A stretch of 64,000 nt of DNA from an uncultured Actinomycetota bacterium (GCA_964601205.1 CAZRML010000020.1:68683-132682); one strand, 5' to 3'. Positions 9,987 to 21,514 are shown, counted from the first letter of the stretch. Made by a program: numbers and translations. Notes: generated by a model not told the origin, from the letters alone.

Positions 9987-12663
9987 TATGTTTGAGGGAA
10001 TTGAAGGCAAATATAGCCCTGAATCATTTGAAAAGGAAATTTATAATTACTGGCTTGAAAATAAGTGTTTTTCGGCAAAAATAGACAAATCAAAAACTCC
10101 ATTCAGCATGGTGATACCTCCTCCCAATGTGACCGGCTATCTTCATATCGGTCATGCCCTTAATAATACTCTGCAGGATATAATTACAAGATACAAAAGA
10201 ATGAAGGGGCATAATACTACATGGGTTCCCGGGACCGACCATGCGGGAATAGCAACCCAGAATGTGGTAGAAAGAGCTTTAGAAAAGGAAAATTTAAACA
10301 GGTATATGCTGGGGAGAGAAAAGTTTATAGAACGGGTATGGGAATGGAAGGATGAATACGGCAGCCGTATCATAAATCAATTAAAATCACTGGGGTGCTC
10401 GTTAGACTGGGAGAGAGAAAGGTTTACCTTTGACAAAAGATATGTCAGAGCGATAACCAGGGAATTTGTAACCCTGTATAATGATGGGCTGATTTACAGG
10501 GGAAATTACATGATTAACTGGTGCCCGAGGTGCCGGACTGCACTTTCTGACATTGAAGTTGAACATGTAGAAAAGAAAGGTAGCCTCTGGGATATCAAAT
10601 ATCCTCTGATAGACCCGGTTACGGATAAACCCGGCACCAGCGAGTACATAATTGTTTCAACCACCAGACCCGAAACCATGCTGGGTGATACAGCAGTGGC
10701 TGTGAATCCCGGGGATAGGAGATATAAAAAATACAGGGGCAGGTATGCTTATTTACCCCTGGTGGGACGAAAAATCCCTATTATAGAAGACCTGTTTGTA
10801 GATATGGGATTTGGTACCGGTGCAGTAAAAGTGACACCGGCCCATGACCCCAATGACTTTGAAATCGGTAAGAGACATAATTTAGAAGAGATAAATATAT
10901 TTAATGAAGATGCCACCCTTAATTCTAACGCCGGTAAATACAGCGGCCTGGACCGTTACAGGGCGAGACAGGAAGTATTAAATGACCTTGAAGCACAGGA
11001 CTTTCTAACCGGTCAGAAAAGTCATGTATCATCAATTGGGATTTGTTCCAGGTGCAACACAGTGGTGGAGCCGAGGATTTCAATGCAGTGGTTTGTATCC
11101 ATGAAGAAACTTGCCGGTCCTGCTATTGAAGCGGTAAAAGAGGGAAAGGTTAGAATAATACCGGAGAAATGGGAAAAGATATATTTTAACTGGATGGAAA
11201 ATATAAGAGACTGGTGCATATCCCGCCAGTTATGGTGGGGGCACAGGATTCCGGTATGGTATTGCAAGAACTGCGGTAAGATGATAGTTAGTGAAGATAA
11301 ACCTCTCAGCTGTCCTGATTGTGGAAGCAGCAGTTTTGAGCAGGACAGCGATGTTCTGGATACATGGTTTAGTTCATGCCTGTGGCCTTTTGCAGTTTTT
11401 GGATGGCCCGAAGAAACCGCGGATTTAAAGTATTTCTTTCCGACCGACGTTCTGGTGACCGCGCATGATATTATCTTCTTCTGGGTGGCGCGGATGATTA
11501 TGATGAGCCTGTATTTCAGAAAGGACATTCCTTTTAAAGAAGTTTTTATAAACCCGCTGGTAAATGATTCCAGGGGGCAAAAAATGAGTAAATCAAAAGG
11601 GAATGCAATTGATCCCATGAATATAATTGAAGAAAAAGGGGCGGATGTTTTAAGGTTCACTCTGGCGTCTCTGACAACTCCCGGAAGAAATTTAATTCTT
11701 GGTGATGAAAAGATTGAGGGCGTAAGAAATTTTGCCAATAAGCTATGGAACGGGTCTAAATTTGTATTGTCAAATCTGGATAAAAGCATTAATTTTGAAA
11801 GTATCAGTATGGATAAGCTGGATTTAGACCTGTGGGACAGGTGGATAATCTCGGGGTTAAACAGGGCAATAAAGGAAGTTGAAAAATATCTTGTCAGATA
11901 CAATTTTTCTTTTGCATCCAGGCTCCTTTTAAGCTTTTTCTGGGATGATTACTGTGACTGGTATATTGAATCAGCAAAGGTGAAAATATATCATGGAAAA
12001 GATGATGGCGAAAGAGAAAGTACGATGTTTGTTTTATGGTATGTCCTGGAAAGATATCTCAGGATTCTTCATCCCTTTATGCCTTTTATTACAGAGAGAA
12101 TATGGCAGAGTATTCCACACAGCGGAGATAGTCTTGCACTGAAGAACTTTCCTGAATATGAACCGGAAAGGCTGGATAAGAAAGCAGAAGAAGAGATAAA
12201 GGTACTTTTTAAGATTATAAGCGAGATAAGGAAAATAAGGTCGGAGCTAAAGATAAACCCGGCAAAAAAATTAAATGTAAGTCTGGGTACCGATAAAAAA
12301 GGCGGGACATTTTTAAAGCATAATGAAAAATATATTTGCAGCCTGGCAGGGACAGATAATCTGGAGTTTGATGACCGAACCGGCAAAAAAGGCTATATTA
12401 AAGCTTCTGCAGCTGATGTAGATATTTTTGTTTATATTCTTGATGTGTTTGATATAGAATTGGAGATAAAAAGGATAAAAGACAGAATCGAGAAGGTTAA
12501 GCTGGGAGCTGAAAAGAGCAGAAAAAAAATATCAAATATTGATTTTATAAAAAAAGCGCCGGCCGGGATTATAAAAAAAGAAAAAGATAAACTCAAGCAG
12601 GCAGACAGAGACCTGAAGGTACTGGGAGAACAGCTGGAGAAAATAAAAGATATTAACCAATAA
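9967..12663 (+). CDS. valS: valine--tRNA ligase
   Basis: HIGH-type motif [23 protein letters not shown]-terminal coiled coil. Start 9967 or ATG 9988; it overlaps or abuts the clpX stop. Confidence 0.9.
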   Translation: MRKNQRNMFEGIEGKYSPESFEKEIYNYWLENKCFSAKIDKSKTPFSMVIPPPNVTGYLHIGHALNNTLQDIITRYKRMKGHNTTWVPGTDHAGIATQNVVERALEKENLNRYMLGREKFIERVWEWKDEYGSRIINQLKSLGCSLDWERERFTFDKRYVRAITREFVTLYNDGLIYRGNYMINWCPRCRTALSDIEVEHVEKKGSLWDIKYPLIDPVTDKPGTSEYIIVSTTRPETMLGDTAVAVNPGDRRYKKYRGRYAYLPLVGRKIPIIEDLFVDMGFGTGAVKVTPAHDPNDFEIGKRHNLEEINIFNEDATLNSNAGKYSGLDRYRARQEVLNDLEAQDFLTGQKSHVSSIGICSRCNTVVEPRISMQWFVSMKKLAGPAIEAVKEGKVRIIPEKWEKIYFNWMENIRDWCISRQLWWGHRIPVWYCKNCGKMIVSEDKPLSCPDCGSSSFEQDSDVLDTWFSSCLWPFAVFGWPEETADLKYFFPTDVLVTAHDIIFFWVARMIMMSLYFRKDIPFKEVFINPLVNDSRGQKMSKSKGNAIDPMNIIEEKGADVLRFTLASLTTPGRNLILGDEKIEGVRNFANKLWNGSKFVLSNLDKSINFESISMDKLDLDLWDRWIISGLNRAIKEVEKYLVRYNFSFASRLLLSFFWDDYCDWYIESAKVKIYHGKDDGERESTMFVLWYVLERYLRILHPFMPFITERIWQSIPHSGDSLALKNFPEYEPERLDKKAEEEIKVLFKIISEIRKIRSELKINPAKKLNVSLGTDKKGGTFLKHNEKYICSLAGTDNLEFDDRTGKKGYIKASAADVDIFVYILDVFDIELEIKRIKDRIEKVKLGAEKSRKKISNIDFIKKAPAGIIKKEKDKLKQADRDLKVLGEQLEKIKDINQ

Positions 12664-12678
12664 GTAAAGAGTGGCACA

Positions 12679-13995
12679 GTGGAATACGCTCAGATATGCA
12701 AATATTTAGATGACTGCCTTGTTTTTGGAATAAAACCCGGTTTAGAAAGAATAAAAAAATTACTTGAACTTTCAGGCAATCCTCAGAAAAAGGTTGAATT
12801 CATTCATATAGTGGGGACAAACGGCAAGACATCTACCACTAAAATTACTTCTGAGTTATTAAGGTACAGCGGTATTAAAACAGGTTTTTATATTTCCCCT
12901 CATATAAACTGCTATGCGGAAAGAATAGGAATAAATGGCAGGGATATCACGGAGAAAAAGTTTTCCATGGCATTTAACAGAATATATCCTTATATAAAGG
13001 CAGTAAACAAGATGAATCTTGATGGGCCCCTTACCCAGTTTGAAATAGTTACTGCAATGGCATTAAAACTTGCCGGAGATGAAAATCTTGAAGTCATGGT
13101 TCTGGAAACGGGAATGGGCGGGAGATGGGATGCTACCAATGTAGCGGACGCCAGAGTAGCCGGACTTACCGGCGTAAGTCTGGAGCATACAGAGATGCTT
13201 GGCAATACAGTAAAAAAAATATCATTAGAGAAGGTGGAAGTTATAAAGAGCGGGGCAATGGTTGCAACAACAAGTCGCAATAAGAATGTAATTGAAGTAT
13301 TAAATAAAAAAGTAAATGATACCCGGTCCACTCTTTATTTATATGGAGAAGATTTTTGTATATTAAAAAAGAAAAATATGGGGCTCGGGGGATGGCTTCT
13401 TGATATTAAGGGAATCAGTGGTATCTACAGAGACTTAATGCTTCCACTTCCGGGCGGGTATCAGCCCCTGAATTTATCTCTTGCTGTGGCACTGGCGGAA
13501 CTTTACATGAAAATCAGGAGGAGGAAACTGGATATCGAAAAAATAAAGGGAAGTATTGGCTCCCTGAAAGTAATGGGCAGGTTCGAAGTTATTCAAAAGG
13601 AGCCACTGGTAATAGCCGATGCCAGCCATAATCCCGAAGGAATAGATAATCTGGTTAAGAGCATGAAGACTTATTTCAGGAACCGTAAAAAAATAATTAT
13701 TTTTGCCGTGTTAAAGGATAAAAACTATAGCAGCATGGTTAAAAAGATAATTAATATAAGCGATGTCTTAATTTTAACCTCCAGCATGTGTGAGAGGAGT
13801 CTTGATATCTTAAAACTTGAAAAAGTAGCAAAGGAAAAAATAAAAGAATCCAGTGCCACAAAAAAATATCCCGTAAAATTATACACCATGGACAATATAG
13901 AAAATTCTCTGAAATTTGCTTTAAAAATTTCTGATATAAATGATATTATATGCATTACTGGTTCAATAACAAATCTGGAGAATATTGTAGGTTAA
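12679..13995 (+). CDS. folC: bifunctional folylpolyglutamate synthase / dihydrofolate synthase (Mur ligase family)
   Basis: P-loop VGTNGKTSTT and Mur-ligase central/C-terminal domains. Conserved valS-folC adjacency. GTG start. Confidence 0.8.
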   Translation: MEYAQICKYLDDCLVFGIKPGLERIKKLLELSGNPQKKVEFIHIVGTNGKTSTTKITSELLRYSGIKTGFYISPHINCYAERIGINGRDITEKKFSMAFNRIYPYIKAVNKMNLDGPLTQFEIVTAMALKLAGDENLEVMVLETGMGGRWDATNVADARVAGLTGVSLEHTEMLGNTVKKISLEKVEVIKSGAMVATTSRNKNVIEVLNKKVNDTRSTLYLYGEDFCILKKKNMGLGGWLLDIKGISGIYRDLMLPLPGGYQPLNLSLAVALAELYMKIRRRKLDIEKIKGSIGSLKVMGRFEVIQKEPLVIADASHNPEGIDNLVKSMKTYFRNRKKIIIFAVLKDKNYSSMVKKIINISDVLILTSSMCERSLDILKLEKVAKEKIKESSATKKYPVKLYTMDNIENSLKFALKISDINDIICITGSITNLENIVG

Positions 13996-14053
13996 GATAA
14001 TTTATTTATAGAACCTGTATAAATAAAATATATAAATTTAATCTGGAGGATTA

Positions 14054-14512
14054 ATGGATTTATTTAAATATGTAAACGAAATTATGGATTTTTTTACCCA
14101 CCCTATATGGAAATACCTGGGTTATAGTTTAATTTTTTTATTGATTATTATCTGGCTTGCTTTTGTCTACTGGACTTACAGGGATGCGAGACTCAGAAGT
14201 GAATATGTTCCTATAGCTGTTTTCTGGACACTGGTTATATTAATATTAAATTATCCGGGATTAATTCTTTATTTAATATTGAGGCCGCCGGAATTTATAG
14301 ATGATATCATTGAGAGAGACCTTGAAATTGAAAGGATGGAGATGCTGCTTGAAAACAGGCAGCTAACCTGCCCTGCCTGCGGGAGCCCTGTAAAAGATGA
14401 TTTTCTAATATGTCCTTACTGCAGGAAAAAATTAAAGAATTCCTGTATTAACTGCGGGAAGCCTTTAAATTTAGACTGGAAAGTTTGCCCGTATTGCAAA
14501 ACTCCGCAGTAA
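14054..14512 (+). CDS. membrane protein with PLDc_N-like N-terminal TM domain and C-terminal double zinc-ribbon
   Basis: Two TM helices with a YWTYRDARLR motif, followed by the cysteine pairs CPACG...CPYC...CINCG...CPYC. Confidence 0.6.
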   Translation: MDLFKYVNEIMDFFTHPIWKYLGYSLIFLLIIIWLAFVYWTYRDARLRSEYVPIAVFWTLVILILNYPGLILYLILRPPEFIDDIIERDLEIERMEMLLENRQLTCPACGSPVKDDFLICPYCRKKLKNSCINCGKPLNLDWKVCPYCKTPQ

Positions 14513-14607
14513 AAGGGCAGGGCCCGGGTTCTTTTGAATTTTGTGGGAATAATTTAAGCCGGTGGTATGTTATATTTAAAATGTTAAAGATAGGATGGAC
14601 GGTATAT

Positions 14608-15015
14608 ATGGATAAAAAAGAAAAAAGCCTGGTTATAATAAAACCTGATGGGGTAAAGAAAAAGGTTATTGGAGAAATTATATCCCGGATAGAAAAAGAA
14701 GACCTTGCTATTGAGAAATTAAAAATGATAAAAATCGGCAGGGATATTGCGCGAAGGCATTACCGGGAACATAAAAATAAGAGTTTTTTTGATATGTTGA
14801 TTGAATATATAACTTCCGGGCCTTCGGTGGTTATGGTTGTAAGCGGTACAGACGCTATTACCAGGATCAGGAAACTTATGGGCCCCACGGATTCTAAAAA
14901 GGCAGAGAAAGGCACAATCAGGGGCGACTTTGGCGTTGATATTACCGCAAATGTAATTCATGGCTCGGATTCAATAGAAAGCGCCGGGAGAGAAATTGAA
15001 TTGTTTTTTAAGTAA
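14608..15015 (+). CDS. ndk: nucleoside-diphosphate kinase
   Basis: ORF 14485-15015. Ndk begins at MDKKEKSLVIIKPDG (ATG 14608; alternative ATG 14581). NIIHGSD active-site His region is present. Confidence 0.85.
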   Translation: MDKKEKSLVIIKPDGVKKKVIGEIISRIEKEDLAIEKLKMIKIGRDIARRHYREHKNKSFFDMLIEYITSGPSVVMVVSGTDAITRIRKLMGPTDSKKAEKGTIRGDFGVDITANVIHGSDSIESAGREIELFFK

Positions 15016-15069
15016 AAGCCTGAAATTATAAAATGAATGGTAAATAAGATATTATTCTAAAGGTGGCTG

Positions 15070-15324
15070 ATGAATAAAAGAAGAGGGAAGATAGTATTTT
15101 TTATAGTACTTCTTGGAGGTATTATAGGAGCTATCCTGGGCCATGTTCTGGCTGATGTGATACCTTTATTAGATGAAGGCCTCAAGGTGGGCACAGATTC
15201 TCTCAGTCTTAATTTATACTTAATTGATATAAATTTTGGGATCCATGTAAATATTACGCTGGGAGCCATAATAGGAATACTAATTGCTTTTTTATTAGCC
15301 GATGTTGGAAGAAGAAGGCCGTAA
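15070..15324 (+). CDS. small hydrophobic membrane protein (DUF4321-like) upstream of maf/mreB
   Basis: 84 aa with two TM segments. RBS AAGGTGG. Comparable small proteins sit next to maf/mreB in Clostridia. Confidence 0.5.
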   Translation: MNKRRGKIVFFIVLLGGIIGAILGHVLADVIPLLDEGLKVGTDSLSLNLYLIDINFGIHVNITLGAIIGILIAFLLADVGRRRP

Positions 15325-15934
15325 AAAAATAATTCTGGCTTCTGCTTCTCCAAGAAGAAGAGAAATACTTAAATTGTTGAAGCTGGATTTTGAGGTAGTC
15401 AAACTTAAGGGCTCTGGAGAGAAGCGGTTTAAAGATCCCTATACTATGGTGGTCCATAATAGTATCATTAAAGCCAGAAATGTTTATAATTATTTTAAAG
15501 AAAAGGATTCCAAAAAGCAGGTTACAGATTATACAGGGAGTTTTTTAATTGCCGGTTTTGATACTGTGGTGTATATAGATAAGGATATTCTTGGTAAGCC
15601 GGCTGATAGAAAGCAGGCAGAGGGGTTTTTGAATATCCTTTCTGGCAGGTCTCATAAAGTGATAAGCGGAATTTGCATCTTTGAAAGTGATTCCGGTAAA
15701 TATAATTACGGAACTGAATCTACAGAGGTTAAGTTCAGGAAGTTAACTGTGGATGAAATCAGGGGTTATCTGGACAGGGAAAATGTTCTGGACAAAGCAG
15801 GCGCCTATAATGTGCTTGGATACGGAAGTTTGCTGGTAGAGAGAATAAATGGTTGTTTTTATAATGTAGCCGGACTGCCTGTTGCTAAATTTGTGAATAT
15901 GCTAAAAGAATTCGATTGTAATGTTATTAGTTAA
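15302..15934 (+). CDS. maf: Maf-like nucleoside triphosphate pyrophosphatase (septum formation protein)
   Basis: KIILASASPRRREIL signature. Sits immediately upstream of mreB. Confidence 0.85.
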   Translation: MLEEEGRKKIILASASPRRREILKLLKLDFEVVKLKGSGEKRFKDPYTMVVHNSIIKARNVYNYFKEKDSKKQVTDYTGSFLIAGFDTVVYIDKDILGKPADRKQAEGFLNILSGRSHKVISGICIFESDSGKYNYGTESTEVKFRKLTVDEIRGYLDRENVLDKAGAYNVLGYGSLLVERINGCFYNVAGLPVAKFVNMLKEFDCNVIS

Positions 15935-15949
15935 TTAAGGAGTTTATAA

Positions 15950-16984
15950 ATGCAGATGTTTGATTTTTTCCTGGATGTAATTGGTAGGGATATGGGGATA
16001 GACCTTGGAACGGCAAATACGCTGGTTTATGTCAAGGGCAGAGGAATAGTTCTGGATGAGCCCTCCGTAGTGGCGATAGATAAAGATAGAGGGAAAGTTC
16101 TGGCAGTAGGGAGAGAAGCCAAGATGATGGTGGGAAGAACTCCTGATAATATATCGGCAATCAGACCTCTAAAAGATGGTGTAATTGCCGATTTTGAAAC
16201 TACGGAAAAAATGCTGAGGTATTTTATAAACAGAGTCCATAAAAATGTAGGCTTTGCAAGACCAAGAATAGTTATCTGTGTGCCGTCAGGAATTACTCCG
16301 GTGGAAAAGAAAGCAGTGGTTGAAACCACTGAACAGGCGGGTGCAAGGGCAGCCTATATAATCGAGGAACCGCTGGCAGCCGCAATTGGCTCCGGTCTTC
16401 CTATTGACGAACCGAGGGGCAGCATGATTATAGATATAGGTGGCGGAACTTCTGAGGTAGCCGTTATATCGCTGGGAGGGATAGTAGTGAGCCAGTCCCT
16501 TAGAATTGGTGGAGATGAGATGGATGAAGCTATTACTTATTATTTAAAGAAAGAACATAATTTATTTTTAGGTGAGAGAACTGCAGAACAGGTAAAAATG
16601 GAAATAGGCTCCGCGTTCCCGCTTGAAAATGAGGAGAAAATGGAGATAAATGGAAGGGACCTGGTAACCGGGCTCCCCGAGACAATTATTATAACCAGTC
16701 AGCAGATAAGAAAAGCACTGGAAAAGGTGGTCGCTGATATTGTAAATTCAATTGTTGAAGTGCTTGATATTACTCCCCCGGAACTTTCTTCTGATATCAT
16801 GAAAAGAGGGATTGTTATGTCAGGGGGCGGGTCTCTTCTTAAAGGATTGGCTGAAAGGATCAGCAGGGAAACTCATTGTCCGGTTTATCTTGCCGAAGAT
16901 CCACTGGCAGCAGTGGGCATAGGAGCAGGGAAATGCGTTGAGGACTTTAATACTTTAAAAAAATATCTTAAATACTCAAAATAA
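15950..16984 (+). CDS. mreB: rod shape-determining protein MreB
   Basis: Actin-fold motifs [12 protein letters not shown] and [20 protein letters not shown] 7 nt upstream. Confidence 0.9.
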   Translation: MQMFDFFLDVIGRDMGIDLGTANTLVYVKGRGIVLDEPSVVAIDKDRGKVLAVGREAKMMVGRTPDNISAIRPLKDGVIADFETTEKMLRYFINRVHKNVGFARPRIVICVPSGITPVEKKAVVETTEQAGARAAYIIEEPLAAAIGSGLPIDEPRGSMIIDIGGGTSEVAVISLGGIVVSQSLRIGGDEMDEAITYYLKKEHNLFLGERTAEQVKMEIGSAFPLENEEKMEINGRDLVTGLPETIIITSQQIRKALEKVVADIVNSIVEVLDITPPELSSDIMKRGIVMSGGGSLLKGLAERISRETHCPVYLAEDPLAAVGIGAGKCVEDFNTLKKYLKYSK

Positions 16985-17014
16985 CCTGTTTTATATTCAA
17001 CCAATTATATTTTT

Positions 17015-17827
17015 TTGATGGTCGCATTGAATAGAAGGTTCAGAATTTATATTATCCTTACTGTAATAATTATTTTATGTCTGATAGTAATTACAGTTAG
17101 TTTCAGGCAATACGAATTACTCGGTACAATAAAATCTAAAACCCTTGATTTTTTCAAGCCAATTCAGGAGAGGTTCTTTTCACTGTTCAGGCCGGTTAAA
17201 AATTTCATTAATATAATAAAAGATTATGTAAACTTAAGGAAAGAATATATAATTCTTGAGGAAGAAAACTCCGGGTTAAGAAAAGAATATAGTGATTATG
17301 TAAACCTGAGGATTGAAAATGACTCTTTGAGAAAATTACTGGGAATAAAACTCAGGGAAGATTACGAGACTATAGCAGCGAAAGTGATAGGATTTTATAA
17401 GGGTGGATGGCAGTCAGAAGTTATTTTGAATGCCGGCAGTGGCCAGGGGGTTCGTGAAGGGATGGGAGTTATTAATGAAGACGGGCTGATAGGAGTAGTT
17501 GACCTGGTAGGCAATGACTCCTGTAATGTAAGGCTTATAGACGACCCGCGGAGCAGTATTGGAGCAAAAATCCTGTCCTCCAGGAAACTGGGAGTTCTAA
17601 AGGGAAATCAGGATGGGAAAGTTACACTTGAATATATCTCCAGCGGAGAAGATGTTTTTAAGGGAGATATAGTAATTACGTCAGAATATGGAAACTTACC
17701 CGGTGAGATTCTGATAGGACGGGTAAGAAGGGTAACTGAAAGCGCCGATAATCTTTATAAGATTATTGAGATAGAACCATTTGCTGATTTTACGGAGTTA
17801 GAGTATGTATTGATATTGGATGAATAA
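17015..17827 (+). CDS. mreC: rod shape-determining protein MreC
   Basis: N-terminal TM, coiled coil, then beta domain GLIGVVDLVGNDSCNVRLIDD. mreBCD order. Confidence 0.85.
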   Translation: MMVALNRRFRIYIILTVIIILCLIVITVSFRQYELLGTIKSKTLDFFKPIQERFFSLFRPVKNFINIIKDYVNLRKEYIILEEENSGLRKEYSDYVNLRIENDSLRKLLGIKLREDYETIAAKVIGFYKGGWQSEVILNAGSGQGVREGMGVINEDGLIGVVDLVGNDSCNVRLIDDPRSSIGAKILSSRKLGVLKGNQDGKVTLEYISSGEDVFKGDIVITSEYGNLPGEILIGRVRRVTESADNLYKIIEIEPFADFTELEYVLILDE

Positions 17828-17876
17828 AGTAAATAAAATGTTTGGCTGGTGATGCTGGCTAATATAAATTAAAATT

Positions 17877-18395
17877 ATGAAAATTTTTTCAAGATTTCTG
17901 CATTTTTTTATACTTATAATCTGCCTGCTGGTTCAGATAGTTTTTTTTGAATATCTGAAAATGTTCTATATAAACTTTGATTTAATTATGGTAGTTATAA
18001 TAGCAGTTACCGTTTTTGACGGAACATTATGGGGAATCTTACTTGGATTTATAGCAGGTATGACGCTGGACCTTATGGTGAGTGATATCGCTGGCATAAG
18101 TGCGTTTATTTATGCTATAGATGCTTTCATAGCAGGCAGGCTAATTACAGTAGGATTTAAGTCAGTAAAGCAGGCTAACTTATTTATGGTTTTCTTAGTT
18201 ACAGAAATTAATATTTTATTAATCAATTTGATTTATTATCTATTTAATTTTAACCCTGACTGGTTCGGCACCGGCATTGAACTTATGACAAAACCGTTCT
18301 TTAATATTATCCTGATGTTTGCAGTCTTTCCCGTTATGAAGATAATTTCTGGCAGGAGGGAGGAAATTGGGTTTGAATATAAAAGTAAGATATAA
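17877..18395 (+). CDS. mreD: rod shape-determining protein MreD
   Basis: Polytopic membrane protein in the canonical position after mreC. Confidence 0.7.
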   Translation: MKIFSRFLHFFILIICLLVQIVFFEYLKMFYINFDLIMVVIIAVTVFDGTLWGILLGFIAGMTLDLMVSDIAGISAFIYAIDAFIAGRLITVGFKSVKQANLFMVFLVTEINILLINLIYYLFNFNPDWFGTGIELMTKPFFNIILMFAVFPVMKIISGRREEIGFEYKSKI

Positions 18396-20223
18396 GATTA
18401 TAATCTATCTGCTGATTTTAGTTTTAATAATACTTATTTTAAGGCTCTATTTTCTGCAGGTAATGAGCGGAGAGCTTTATGCTGAATTAGCATCTGAGAG
18501 TATCACCAGGGAGAAGACCGTGGCGGCTCCCCGGGGAAATATTTATGACCGTAATGGTAAACTACTGGTTAAGAGTGTTCCCGCCAGGGCTGTGGCGGTG
18601 CAGCCCAGTATTGTTTTAGAAAACGATAAGGTTATAGAGATTCTAAGTGATTGTCTTGATATGCCTTACAGGGAAATAAAAGAAAAGGTTGAAAAGAGCA
18701 ATGTTTCTTACATGGACAGGATTATTCTAAAACAGGATATTGATTATGCCAGCATGATTTATATTGAAGAAAATAGTGATGAGTTACCCGGAGTGGAAGT
18801 AATTGATGTGTACCTGAGGGAGTATAAATATGGCTCGCTGGCATCACACCTGCTGGGTTATATAGGAGAAATTAGCGAGGAAAAGTTAAAAGCGGAAGAA
18901 TATGATTATAATTATGAAGGTGGGGACCAGGTAGGATGGAGCGGGCTGGAAGAAACCTATGAAAATGTATTGCGCGGCAAGAAGGGCAAAATAGTATATG
19001 AAGTCGACCCTTTAGAAAGACCTGTTGGTGTGGTGAACGAAATTGAACCCATTGGCGGAAATGATCTGTATCTTACCATTGATATTGACCTTCAGAAGGT
19101 TGCAGAGGAAGCACTTTACCGTACTATTCTGGAGGTGAGGCAAAAAATAATTAAGAACACCGATGAATATTATAATGTACGGGGAGGAGCAGTGATAGTA
19201 CTCAGCCCCGGAGACGGTCAGATACTGGCAATGGCAGGCTATCCTACTTATAACCCGGAGTCGTTTGTAGGAGGGATATCGGAAGGTGATTGGAATAATT
19301 TAAACGACCCCGAAAATAATTATCCTTTTTTAAACAGAGCCATTACATCTTTTCCGGCTGGCTCGGTGTTTAAAATAGTCACAGCTTACGCGGGTCTTAA
19401 TGAGGAAATTATAAGCGAAAGCAGCAGATTCAGCTGTGCGGGGGTGTGGTATGGCCTTGGTAAAGATTTTCCAAAGTACTGCTGGTTAAAATCAGGTCAT
19501 GGCAGTCTCAATATTGTGGGAGCCATTAAAAATTCCTGTGATGTATATTTTTACCAGGTGGGTTATGGGCTTTTCAAAAAGCTGGATAATGCAGAGGAAC
19601 TTTTACAGAAATATGCAAGAATTTTTGGTTTTGGTTCCAGAACCGGTGTAGACCTTCCCGGCGAAGAGGAAGGACTGGTACCGGATAAAGAGTGGAAAGA
19701 AGAATATTTTGCGGGCCAGCCGGAGAATTCAGTATGGTTCCCGGGAGATACTGTTAACATAGCAATAGGGCAGGGTGATTTAATGGTAACCCCCCTTCAG
19801 ATGGCACAGGCTTATTCGATTATAGCCGGGCATGGCATAAAATACACGCCTCACCTGGTAAAAGAAATAAGGGACAGTGAGGAAACTTTGTTTACAGATA
19901 ATACAGTAGAGGAGTATCAGGATTTACAGCTAAACGGGAATTATATTGGAAAAATAGAAGATGGGCTGCTCCAGGTGGTTGAACCGGGTGGAACAGCCTA
20001 TGGAGTTTTTATGGATTTTCCCCTGGATGAAATCCCGGTTGCTGCAAAGACCGGTACCGCAGAATTTTACGGAAGGCAGGACTATGCATGGTTTGCAAGT
20101 TATGCGCCTGCGGGTAATCCGGAATATGTGATAGTAGCAATGCTTGAAGAGGCGGGTTCAGGAGGGAGCAATGTTGCCCCCATTGCAGAAGATATATACA
20201 GGTATTTATTTAATGTTGATTAA
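18367..20223 (+). CDS. mrdA: penicillin-binding protein 2 (elongasome transpeptidase)
   Basis: SxxK motif SVFK and KTGTAEF triad. N-terminal TM plus dimerisation domain. Overlaps the end of mreD. Confidence 0.9.
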   Translation: MGLNIKVRYKIIIYLLILVLIILILRLYFLQVMSGELYAELASESITREKTVAAPRGNIYDRNGKLLVKSVPARAVAVQPSIVLENDKVIEILSDCLDMPYREIKEKVEKSNVSYMDRIILKQDIDYASMIYIEENSDELPGVEVIDVYLREYKYGSLASHLLGYIGEISEEKLKAEEYDYNYEGGDQVGWSGLEETYENVLRGKKGKIVYEVDPLERPVGVVNEIEPIGGNDLYLTIDIDLQKVAEEALYRTILEVRQKIIKNTDEYYNVRGGAVIVLSPGDGQILAMAGYPTYNPESFVGGISEGDWNNLNDPENNYPFLNRAITSFPAGSVFKIVTAYAGLNEEIISESSRFSCAGVWYGLGKDFPKYCWLKSGHGSLNIVGAIKNSCDVYFYQVGYGLFKKLDNAEELLQKYARIFGFGSRTGVDLPGEEEGLVPDKEWKEEYFAGQPENSVWFPGDTVNIAIGQGDLMVTPLQMAQAYSIIAGHGIKYTPHLVKEIRDSEETLFTDNTVEEYQDLQLNGNYIGKIEDGLLQVVEPGGTAYGVFMDFPLDEIPVAAKTGTAEFYGRQDYAWFASYAPAGNPEYVIVAMLEEAGSGGSNVAPIAEDIYRYLFNVD

Positions 20224-20295
20224 TGGTAGTTAAGGTTTTATAAAATTAAGATACTTTAAGAATTTATATAATTTTAATGATAAGAGGAAAAAAGT

Positions 20296-21471
20296 TTGAT
20301 TGACCCTGAGACTTACAACAGAGAGAAGAAAACAGTAAAATTTGATTTTTTATTGTTTCTGCTGGTGGTTGCAATTTCTTCTTTTGGGCTGCTTATAATT
20401 TATAGTGCGACAAAAGAAACTCTTCCGGCAGGAGCAAGTGACCCGCAGTACTACATTAAGAGACAGGCAATTTATCTGGCGGTAGGGATCGTTTTATTTA
20501 CTGTGATTCAATTTATAAATTACAGGAAAATTAAAAGGTACTGGTGGCTGGCTCTTGTTACAGGTATTGCTCTGCTTGCAAGCGTGCATTTTTTTGGTTA
20601 TGAAGTACATGGCTCAAAAAGCTGGATTGATTTGAAATTTACTACCGTGCAGCCCTCGGAGTTTTCAAAAATTTTTATGGTGGTGTGCCTTGCTGCCATT
20701 ATGTCAAAATGGAGAGCAGAAAAAGAATGCAGGATGACATTTAAAAAGGTTATTCTATCATTTGTTATAGCATTTTCTTTTGTGACGCTGGTTTTACTGC
20801 AGCCGGACTACGGAACCGCTCTGATATATTTTATTGTTTATATGGGCCTTCTATTTTTATCCGGGGCTAATTTTTTATACTTTCTGTCAATACTGGGGCT
20901 GACCATAGGCGGGATTTTTACTGCTCTAAATGCCGGGTTTATCAGGCAATATCAGCTGGATAGAATACTTGTTCTGTTAAAACCGGAATCATATACAAGT
21001 GAGGGCGCCGGTTATAATTTGTATCAATCCAAAATGGCGATAGGCTCAGGAGGAATCCTTGGGAAAGGTCTTTTTTTGGGAAAACAGACCAATCTCAGTT
21101 ATGTCCCCGAGCACCATACCGATTTTATATTTTCTGTTGTCGGGGAAGAACTGGGCTTTATTGGTGCGGTTTGCATAATAGTAGTACTTGGTATTATTGT
21201 ATGGAGATGCTTTTATATAGCATCCAATTCTTCTGATAGATTTGCCATGCTGCTTGCTTACGGTGTGGGTCTTATAATTTTATCCCAGGTAACAATAAAT
21301 ATAGGTATGACTATAGGTATCATGCCTATAATCGGAATCCCCCTGCCATTCCTGAGTGCCGGGGGCTCCAACCTCATAAGCATGCTGATGGGTATTGGAC
21401 TGGTGGAGAATGTCTACATGTGGAGGGAAGTCAGGAGAGAACATGAAATAGCTTTTCAGCAATATAAATAG
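20296..21471 (+). CDS. rodA: SEDS-family peptidoglycan glycosyltransferase RodA
   Basis: FtsW/RodA/SpoVE family polytopic protein following mrdA. TTG start 8 nt after GAGGA. Confidence 0.85.
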   Translation: MIDPETYNREKKTVKFDFLLFLLVVAISSFGLLIIYSATKETLPAGASDPQYYIKRQAIYLAVGIVLFTVIQFINYRKIKRYWWLALVTGIALLASVHFFGYEVHGSKSWIDLKFTTVQPSEFSKIFMVVCLAAIMSKWRAEKECRMTFKKVILSFVIAFSFVTLVLLQPDYGTALIYFIVYMGLLFLSGANFLYFLSILGLTIGGIFTALNAGFIRQYQLDRILVLLKPESYTSEGAGYNLYQSKMAIGSGGILGKGLFLGKQTNLSYVPEHHTDFIFSVVGEELGFIGAVCIIVVLGIIVWRCFYIASNSSDRFAMLLAYGVGLIILSQVTINIGMTIGIMPIIGIPLPFLSAGGSNLISMLMGIGLVENVYMWREVRREHEIAFQQYK

Positions 21472-21514
21472 CACAGGCGGTCTTTAGTTAGATAGTATTT
21501 AAGTAAAAATAAAC

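Noticed and set aside
9398-10102. 234-aa ORF on the minus strand
   Set aside because: Antisense to the well-supported clpX/valS genes. It is a low-complexity translation of the AT-rich reverse strand.
11022-11903. 293-aa ORF on the minus strand
   Set aside because: Lies entirely inside valS on the opposite strand. No RBS and no family resemblance.
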